NCBI GenBank assembly: GCA_038231275.1
Contig: JBBRLQ010000001.1
Span: 32,001 to 96,000, forward strand
Direction: 5' to 3'
Length of the DNA stretch: 64,000 nucleotides
Source of the DNA: Polyangiales bacterium
GTDB taxonomy: Bacteria; Myxococcota_A; Polyangia; Polyangiales; Polyangiaceae
Positions 57,498-64,000 of this stretch are shown here, piece by piece. A model generated the notes under the pieces. It was not told the origin of the DNA and made no database searches. It saw nothing but the letters and a program-made list of their open reading frames with translations. The position numbers and the translations under genes are program-made. The first letter of the stretch is position 1; the number at the start of each line of letters is the position of its first letter.

Positions 57498-59057
57498 CTA
57501 CTTCTTCGTCGCGCCGGACGCCGCCGCGCACTTGCCGCTCGCGGGGCGCGACTCGTCGGCGCACATCTTCCCGCAGTTGTTGGTGACGGAGTCGACGAGC
57601 TCGTCCTCCGCGCAGTCGTCGTCGGTGATCTCGGACGGCTTGGCGCCGCCCTCGTCGAGCTTCACCTTGTAGGCGTATTTCAGCCATTTCTTGACCGACG
57701 CCTCGGTGATCCACGCGTACCCGTGGTCGGCCCACGACTCGCCCCAGCTGTTGTGGACGAGGAACTGGTGCGTGCCGTCGGGCATCTTGCGGTAGCCCGA
57801 CATCGTGATCGCGTGGCCGCCCTCGGGCGAGTCCCACTCGGGGATGACGCCGTCTTTGATCGAGCGGCCCATCCACGTCGAACCGACGTACATGGCGAAC
57901 CAGAGATCGGTCCCGCTGGCGAGCACCGACTTGAACTCGTCGAGGTTCAGCGGCGACGTGACGAGCTTCTCGACGGAGATGATCTTTTGGATCCCCTCGC
58001 CCTCGGCCTTCGCGAGCTTCGCTTGGAGCGCGGAGTCGCTCTTCGCCGAGTTCGGGCGCACGTGGTAGCTGTCGCCGCAGTCGTCGTTGGGATCGGTGGA
58101 GAACTGGCACGCCTCTTTGCCGCTGTACGGCCACGACTCGAACGACGTGATGGGCTTATTGAGGTTTGCGTCGCCGGCGAGGCTCATGCTCGGCACGCCG
58201 TAGTGCGCCCAGATGTGCGCGGGCGACACGACGTCGCTCTTGCCGGCGCGGCGGATCGCGTTGTCGACCGTCGACGACAGCGAGAACGCGGTGCACGAGC
58301 CGACGTAGCCCTGGTTCTTGATGGGCCCTTCTACGTTGGTCGTGCGGTGGTCGACGACGTCGGGGAAATCGCTGCCGCCGCTGTCGCTCGGGCTGACGAC
58401 GCCGGCGCCGGTCCTGAGCGCGCCCGTGGCGCGGTGCGCGCTCGAGAAGCGGGGGCGCGCCCTGTTGGGGTTCGGAGCCATTCCGGTCTGGCGCCCCGTC
58501 GGCGCGGAGAAGACACGCGTCTTCTTGGCCGACCAGTGCGGGCGTGCCGACGTGATCGGCTGGTACATGTGGCAATCGATGCGGACCCAGTTGCCGGGCG
58601 AGACCTCGACCGGGCCGCAGAGCTTGGGCTGACGCGCGCGCGCCTGCTGCATGAAGGCGACGTTGACCGGATCGGCCTTGGAGAACATGCCAGGGTTGAT
58701 GTGCTGGACCTGCTTGGTCGCGATCGCGGGCGCCGCCGACGCCGTCGTGTCGACCGGGCGCGCGTTGGCGGCAGGTAGGGCGGTGTGACCGCCGCCGGTC
58801 GCGGGCTGCGCGGGGGTCGGCGCAACAGCGGCGTGCGTGCCACCGAACGCCGACGGGTGGATGGCGGCCGGCGCTGCGGCCACCGGCTGTGCTGCCGCTG
58901 GCTGAGGAGCAGGCGGAGGCGCGGGCGCAGGCGCAGGGGCCGGGGCAGGCGAGCTCGCCACGTTCGGCGAAGGAGGCGGCGACGCGTCCCCCACGTGGAC
59001 GGCACACGCCGAGACGATCGCGCCTAGCGCCACAAGTGAACCGCCACGAAGTTTCAT
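57498..59057 (-). CDS. C1 (papain-like) cysteine peptidase lipoprotein with Pro/Ala-rich N-terminus
   Basis: VSAC lipobox; IKNQGYVGSCTAF, GGHAI, NSWGESWADHGYAW. Confidence 0.9.
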   Translation of the reverse strand: MKLRGGSLVALGAIVSACAVHVGDASPPPSPNVASSPAPAPAPAPAPPPAPQPAAAQPVAAAPAAIHPSAFGGTHAAVAPTPAQPATGGGHTALPAANARPVDTTASAAPAIATKQVQHINPGMFSKADPVNVAFMQQARARQPKLCGPVEVSPGNWVRIDCHMYQPITSARPHWSAKKTRVFSAPTGRQTGMAPNPNRARPRFSSAHRATGALRTGAGVVSPSDSGGSDFPDVVDHRTTNVEGPIKNQGYVGSCTAFSLSSTVDNAIRRAGKSDVVSPAHIWAHYGVPSMSLAGDANLNKPITSFESWPYSGKEACQFSTDPNDDCGDSYHVRPNSAKSDSALQAKLAKAEGEGIQKIISVEKLVTSPLNLDEFKSVLASGTDLWFAMYVGSTWMGRSIKDGVIPEWDSPEGGHAITMSGYRKMPDGTHQFLVHNSWGESWADHGYAWITEASVKKWLKYAYKVKLDEGGAKPSEITDDDCAEDELVDSVTNNCGKMCADESRPASGKCAAASGATKK

Positions 59058-59164
59058 CGAGCTCCTCCGCATTCGCGTTCGACGCGCGCGCCGCGCGTGT
59101 TATTCGGGACCTTCCACTCTAGACGGGAAATGAGTCGGAGTGGGCGGCTGGAAATTCGAGAGAA

Positions 59165-60217
59165 ATGCCTAGTCATTCCCGGAAGATTGCCCACTTTCCG
59201 AGCCCACCGCGCCTGCGACGCGGTGCGGACGCGGCGAGGCCTGTGCGCGTTGCGGTGGTCGGTGTCGGCGAGATGGGGCGCCGGCACGTTCGTGTCCTCG
59301 CGGAGCACGACGGGTTCGAGATCGTCGGCGTGGTCGACGCGTCGGCGGCGGTGGCGACGGCGGTGGCACGGGATTTCGGCGTCGCGCGCCTCGCCGACGA
59401 AGCCGAGGCGATCGCGCGCGCAGAGCTGGTGGTCGTGGCGACGCCGATCGCCGCGCACCGCGCAGGTGTGGAGGCCGCGCTCGATGCCGGTCGGCACGTC
59501 CTCGTCGAGAAGCCCATCTGCGCGACGCTCGCGGACGCCGAGCGCCTGGTCGCCCTCGCGCGCCTGCGCGGCGTGAAGCTCTTCGTCGGGCACTCCGAGC
59601 GCTTCAACCCCGTCGTGCGCGCGCTCTCGCTGCGTGTCCCGCCGGCGTGCGTTCACGCGCTCGAGCTCTGGCGCGAAGGGCCGCCGCGCAGCGTTCGACG
59701 GACCGACGCGCACGCGGGCGAGGGCGTCCTCGTGAACCTGGGCGTCCACGACATCGATCTGGTGGCGCTCCTCGGCGGCGGCCCCGCAACGCTACGCCGC
59801 GCCGAAGGGAACGACGCGCGCGCGATGTTGACGCTTCAGTCTCAGGCCGGCGCGATCGCGCGCGTCCGCCTCGATCGGAACGCGCCCGTACGAAAGCGCG
59901 CGCTCACGTTGACGACCGCGGACGACGTCTACGAGGGCGATCTGCTGGCGCCGCGCCTCGTGGTTACGCCACGCAAGGGGGGCCTCTCGGTGGAGATCCC
60001 GCTCGATTCATGCGAGCCGCTCCTCGCGCAGGCCCGCGCCGTCCATGACGCCCTCCACGATGCCGCCAACGACACGTCGGCGGCGGTGGCGACAGGCCTG
60101 GACGGGGCGCGGGCCTTGGCGATCGCCGAGCGTGCTGCGCGTCTTACGACGGGTGCTCCGGAGCCGGCGCCGCTCGCCGTATCCGCGGGCAAAGGGGCCC
60201 TGGCCGAAAAGTTGTAG
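59165..60217 (+). CDS. Gfo/Idh/MocA family oxidoreductase
   Basis: VVGVGEMGRRH, HVLVEKPI, GHSERFNP, LGVHDID; start uncertain. Confidence 0.9.
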   Translation: MPSHSRKIAHFPSPPRLRRGADAARPVRVAVVGVGEMGRRHVRVLAEHDGFEIVGVVDASAAVATAVARDFGVARLADEAEAIARAELVVVATPIAAHRAGVEAALDAGRHVLVEKPICATLADAERLVALARLRGVKLFVGHSERFNPVVRALSLRVPPACVHALELWREGPPRSVRRTDAHAGEGVLVNLGVHDIDLVALLGGGPATLRRAEGNDARAMLTLQSQAGAIARVRLDRNAPVRKRALTLTTADDVYEGDLLAPRLVVTPRKGGLSVEIPLDSCEPLLAQARAVHDALHDAANDTSAAVATGLDGARALAIAERAARLTTGAPEPAPLAVSAGKGALAEKL

Positions 60218-60248
60218 GTGCCACGGGCGAGCTGTTACCCGCTGATGT

Positions 60249-61070
60249 ATGCCGGGATCCGACGACGACGAGCTCCGCCGCCACGAAGGCGACCGCGACC
60301 GCCCCTTCCGTCCGCTCCTTCGTGGGGGTCCTCGCTTCGCGCGCGACGCGGCACAGCGGCCGATCCTCATGTTCGAGGACGTCTACAAGTCGTACCGCCC
60401 CGGCGCGCCCGTCCTCCGCGGGATGAACCTCATCATCGAGCGCGGCGAGTTCGTCTTCATCACGGGCCCTAGCGGCTCGGGAAAGTCGACGCTCCTTCGC
60501 CTCCTCTACCGCGCCGAGACGGTGGACCAGGGCCGCATCCTCTTCATGGGACGCGACGTGGCCCGCCTCACCGACAGCAGCGTGCCCTTCTTGCGGCGCA
60601 ACCTCGGGACGGTGTTCCAGGACTTCAAGCTGGTCACGGCGTGGAGCGTCTTCGAGAACGTCGCGATCACGCTGGAGGTCCTGGGCTTGCCTGCGCGCCT
60701 CATTCGCTCGCGTGTCGGCGAAGCGCTCGAGCGCGTCGGCCTGCAAGGGCGCGGAGAGGATCCGGCAGGCGTCTTGTCGGGCGGCGAGCAGCAGCGCGTC
60801 GCCATCGCGCGCGCGATCGTCGGCGAGCCGGCGCTCATCCTCGCGGACGAGCCGACCGGGAACCTCGACCCACAGCTGGCCCTCGACATCCTCGGTTTGT
60901 TCGAGGAAATCCACGAAAACGGCACCACCGTCCTCTTCGCGACGCACGATCGCTCGCTGCTCGAAGTGCGCGCGCGGAGGCTCATCGTCCTCGACGACGG
61001 CAAAGCGATGGATGTGCCCACCGGCGTCAGCCATACCGACGACCACTACGACAACGAGCTGCCCCTCTAG
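60249..61070 (+). CDS. ftsE: Cell division ATP-binding protein FtsE
   Basis: GPSGSGKST, VPFLRRNLGTVFQDFKL, LSGGEQQRVAIARA, LADEPTGNLD. Confidence 0.95.
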   Translation: MPGSDDDELRRHEGDRDRPFRPLLRGGPRFARDAAQRPILMFEDVYKSYRPGAPVLRGMNLIIERGEFVFITGPSGSGKSTLLRLLYRAETVDQGRILFMGRDVARLTDSSVPFLRRNLGTVFQDFKLVTAWSVFENVAITLEVLGLPARLIRSRVGEALERVGLQGRGEDPAGVLSGGEQQRVAIARAIVGEPALILADEPTGNLDPQLALDILGLFEEIHENGTTVLFATHDRSLLEVRARRLIVLDDGKAMDVPTGVSHTDDHYDNELPL

Positions 61071-61082
61071 GAGACTGCATTC

Positions 61083-61973
61083 ATGCTGGACGGTTCGATC
61101 GGGATCACCCGCCGCGCGCGGCGCGGAATGCTTCGTGAGTGGCGCCTGCACGCGCTCTCGATCTTCTCCCTCGCGGTCGCGTTCGTGTGCCTCGGCGCGG
61201 CGCTCCTCGTCGTGACCAACCTCCGGTCGATCGAGGATCGGTGGGCGAAAGCCGGCCGCGCGTCGATCTACCTGAAGGAGAGCGCGACGCAGCAGGACAT
61301 CGAGACGTTCAAGGTCGCGCTCTCGGCGGTGCCGGGCGTCCTGAAGGTCCGCTACGTGTCGAGCGGCGAGGCGCGCACGCAATTCGGGCTCGTCGAGATG
61401 GACGCGAAGAGCGAGCTCGCGGGCCTGCCGGTCGAGGCGTTTCCCGCGTCGATCGAAGTCGAGGTGAAGCAGGAGATGACGGAGGCCGAGATGGCCGACA
61501 TCGTCGCCAAGATCAAGATGCTCCCGAGCGTCGAGGACGTGGAGACGTACCAGGCGTGGACCGATCGCCTCTCGCGCCTCGTTCGCGGCGGCGTCGCGGC
61601 GTCTGCCCTCCTCGCGCTCGTGGTGTTCGCGTCGGTGCTCGCGGTCGTCGGCTCGACGATTCGCTTGGCGCTCCAGCGCCGCAAGACCGAGGTCGAGGTC
61701 CTCAAGCTCGTCGGCGCGACCGACCGTTTCGTGAAAGGACCGTTCCTCCTCGAGGGGAGCGCGCAGGGCGGGCTCGGCGCGATCGGCGCGGTGGCGCTCC
61801 TCGCGGCGCTGTTCTTGGTCGTTCGTGGTCGCCTCGACGGTGAGCTCGCGGGTCTGGTTGGTGTGGAGCCGTCGTTCCTGCCGCTCGAGGTCGTCGCCGC
61901 GATGATCGGCGTGGGCGCGCTCCTCGGCATGACCGCTGCGGCGCTCGGCCTGCGAAAGCTCGTGTCGGTATGA
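61083..61973 (+). CDS. ftsX: Cell division permease FtsX
   Basis: 4 TM; FPASIEV, STIRLAL..RKTEVEVLKLVGATDRFVKGPFLLEG. Confidence 0.95.
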   Translation: MLDGSIGITRRARRGMLREWRLHALSIFSLAVAFVCLGAALLVVTNLRSIEDRWAKAGRASIYLKESATQQDIETFKVALSAVPGVLKVRYVSSGEARTQFGLVEMDAKSELAGLPVEAFPASIEVEVKQEMTEAEMADIVAKIKMLPSVEDVETYQAWTDRLSRLVRGGVAASALLALVVFASVLAVVGSTIRLALQRRKTEVEVLKLVGATDRFVKGPFLLEGSAQGGLGAIGAVALLAALFLVVRGRLDGELAGLVGVEPSFLPLEVVAAMIGVGALLGMTAAALGLRKLVSV

Positions 61974-62941
61974 AGCGCGCGCTCGCCGTCGCTGCGCTCG
62001 GCCTCGTCGCTGGCCTCGCTCATGCCGGGCCGCTGCCGCCGATGCCGGCACCTGGCGTCACGCCGGCATCTCCGGCGCTGGCGCTCGCCGCGCTCGATCG
62101 CAAGATCGCCGACGTCGACGCGGAGGAGACGCAGAACAAGCAGGAGCTCGCGGAGCTGGGTGGCAAGATCGCCGACTCCCACGGGCGCGTCCTCGTGCGC
62201 GGAAAGGCGTTTTACAAGCTGACGCGCGCCGGAATGCTGCCGCTCGGCGGCGGCTTCGACGCGCTCGTGTCGCACGCGATGCGCGTCGAGCGCGCGCGGC
62301 GATCGCTCGCCATCGACGTTCAATCGGAGAAGAAGCTCCGCGAGCGCGGCGGCGATCTCGCGCGCGCCCTCGAGCGCGTCGCGCGCGATCGTGTGGCCCT
62401 CGCCGGCCAGCGCACAGCCGTCGATGCCGCGCGCCTCGTCGCCGAGGACGACATGCGCCGCTCCCAAGCGTTCGATCGCGCATTCTCGGGCGGCGGCGTC
62501 GGGGACGGTTACGTCGCGGTCTACAGCGGCGCGTCGCCCGATCTCGCGTCGCCGGGCGGCGGATTCCAAGCGTCGAAGGGTCGCCTCCTCTTCCCGGTCC
62601 CTGGCCGCGCCGAAGCACGCCCCGGTCGCCGCGAAGGAACGGGCGGCCCCGGCCTCGAGATCCGCGCGCCGCTCGGCAGCCCGGTGCGCGCGGTCTTCGG
62701 CGGTCGCGTCGCGTTCGCCGATCGCTACGGTCCGTACGGACGCCTCGTGATCCTCGACCACGGCGACCACTACTACTCGGTGAGCGGCAACCTCGCGGGC
62801 ATCGACGTGAAGGTCGCCGCCGATGTCACCGCCGGCGAGCGCATCGGCACGGTCGGCGACGACGGTCACGGCGCGATGCTCTACTTCGAGGTCCGCCGCG
62901 GCACCGAGACGATCGCACCGGGCCCCTGGCTCGGGCTCTAG
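61970..62941 (+). CDS. envC: EnvC-like murein hydrolase activator (coiled coil + degenerate M23)
   Basis: KGRLLFPVPG, VRAVFGGRV, YGRLVILDHG, LYFEVR; Zn ligands absent (GPGLE, SGNL). Confidence 0.85.
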   Translation: MKRALAVAALGLVAGLAHAGPLPPMPAPGVTPASPALALAALDRKIADVDAEETQNKQELAELGGKIADSHGRVLVRGKAFYKLTRAGMLPLGGGFDALVSHAMRVERARRSLAIDVQSEKKLRERGGDLARALERVARDRVALAGQRTAVDAARLVAEDDMRRSQAFDRAFSGGGVGDGYVAVYSGASPDLASPGGGFQASKGRLLFPVPGRAEARPGRREGTGGPGLEIRAPLGSPVRAVFGGRVAFADRYGPYGRLVILDHGDHYYSVSGNLAGIDVKVAADVTAGERIGTVGDDGHGAMLYFEVRRGTETIAPGPWLGL

Positions 62942-62958
62942 ACGAGTAAGATGGGAGC

Positions 62959-63540
62959 ATGCGACTTCCATGGCCGGGACTCCTGCTCGTGGGGGCGACC
63001 GCGGCGTGCGCCGCCGTCCTCGGGCTCGACGCGGGGTCGCCGGCCGACGGCGATGCGACGCAGGACGGTGCGATTCGCGAAGACGCCTCGGTCGATGCCG
63101 GCTCCGACGGAGCGATCCCGAGCGACGCCGAGGGCGCGGACGGATCGGTCCAGGGCGACGCCGGCTCGGACGTCGCCGCCGATCACGCGAGCGACGTCGG
63201 CCCGCCGCCGCCACGCCAAGAACCGGGGATCGTGTGTGGCGCCGCGACGTGCGTGCCCGGCACGACCAAGTGCACGCGATGCGGTGACGCGGGACCGCAA
63301 TGCGCCGGGTGGAACAACCCGCTGTCCGGCTGCGGCATCTTCTTGTGCGACGACACCGCCGACTGCGTGATCGGCTCCGCGTGCTGCGCCGCCTCGGCCC
63401 CGCCGCCCGATTTCGTCTCCGGTGCGAGCTGCCGTAGCGTTGGCTGCGGCAACGACCACATCCTCTGCGATCCGGGGAAGGACGACTGCAAGTTCCCTTC
63501 GACCTGCAAGCCTTACGGCGCGCTCTACGCGTGCCAGTGA
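62959..63540 (+). CDS. Cys-rich secreted/lipoprotein
   Basis: TAAC lipobox-like; DA/DG linker; PGIVC...LCDP...YACQ. Confidence 0.72.
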   Translation: MRLPWPGLLLVGATAACAAVLGLDAGSPADGDATQDGAIREDASVDAGSDGAIPSDAEGADGSVQGDAGSDVAADHASDVGPPPPRQEPGIVCGAATCVPGTTKCTRCGDAGPQCAGWNNPLSGCGIFLCDDTADCVIGSACCAASAPPPDFVSGASCRSVGCGNDHILCDPGKDDCKFPSTCKPYGALYACQ

Positions 63541-63574
63541 TCCCCTGCGCGCCTCCGCGCCTGCCATAGGCGCG

Positions 63575-63904
63575 CTAGACGGCGACGCTGAGCTCGTGGA
63601 CGAGGGGCAAGCCGGCCTTGACCCACGCGCGCGTACCGCCGTTCAGGCTGTAGATCATGGTGTGGCCCAGCGACGCGGCGACGCGGGCCGCGGTCTGACT
63701 CCGTACGCCCGCCGCGCAGATGAAGACGACCTTGTCGCGCGGGATCGCGGTGTTCGGCGAAGCGCGGAGTTGCTCGAGCGGCACCAGGCGCGCGCCGGGG
63801 ATGTGGCCACCGGACCACTCCCTCGGATCGCGAACATCGACGACGTCGACCTCGCCGCTGGCCATGAGATCGTGCGCCTGATGGGGGGTGAGGGAGCGAA
63901 TCAC
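63575..63904 (-). CDS. Rhodanese-like domain protein
   Basis: VVDVRDPREWSGGHIPGA, FICAAGVRS, LNGGTRAW..GLP. Confidence 0.93.
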   Translation of the reverse strand: MIRSLTPHQAHDLMASGEVDVVDVRDPREWSGGHIPGARLVPLEQLRASPNTAIPRDKVVFICAAGVRSQTAARVAASLGHTMIYSLNGGTRAWVKAGLPLVHELSVAV

Positions 63905-63910
63905 GTGTCT

Positions 63911-63938
63911 AGTATAACGGACACTTCTACTCTATCAA
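63911..63938 (-). promoter_or_regulatory. Sigma70-type promoter (leaderless) of the rhodanese gene
   Basis: TTGATA-N16-TATACT, with 6 nt between -10 and GTG start. Confidence 0.7.
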
Positions 63939-64000
63939 GCCCCCACGGGCGCGTGACGACTCGAATCTGTCACCGAATAACGCCAGAGATCGGCTAGTTG

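Noticed and set aside
61970-62941. Loss of M23 zinc ligands as a sign of pseudogenisation
   Set aside because: Normal for EnvC-type activators downstream of ftsEX

Overview
High-GC, gene-dense chromosomal window from a myxobacterium, probably Polyangiales (Labilithrix/Polyangiaceae-like). This placement is inferred from Cys-rich lipoproteins, MYXO-CTERM-like tails, a TPR-PEGA protein and Glt-type genes. About 55 CDS are supported. Housekeeping genes include cdd, purine nucleoside phosphorylase, coaD, thiolase plus 3-hydroxyacyl-CoA dehydrogenase, ruvA, gltA, pilD, a Sua5/YciO-family gene, thiD and ftsE-ftsX-envC. Also present are an AmmeMemoRadiSam (amrB-A-S) operon, a seven-gene Glt/Nfs-like envelope cluster (45158-55124) and many secreted proteins. 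The best candidate for an undescribed system is a minus-strand operon at 12661-19610. It has a sigma54-type promoter, three tandem DUF2330-like surface-anchored paralogs with N-terminal CGGCF, a lipoprotein with an atypical CX5CH heme-like motif, a ruvA apparently starting at CTG, and an M20 dipeptidase. Other notable items: a DEDDh exonuclease-WYL fusion, a MinD/FlhG-pseudoJ-HTH fusion coupled to a GT-C glycosyltransferase, and a recurring leaderless-promoter signature (TAnnnT-N6-start). I saw no rRNA, tRNA, CRISPR array or mobile element. All family calls come from motif recognition by eye, not database searches.
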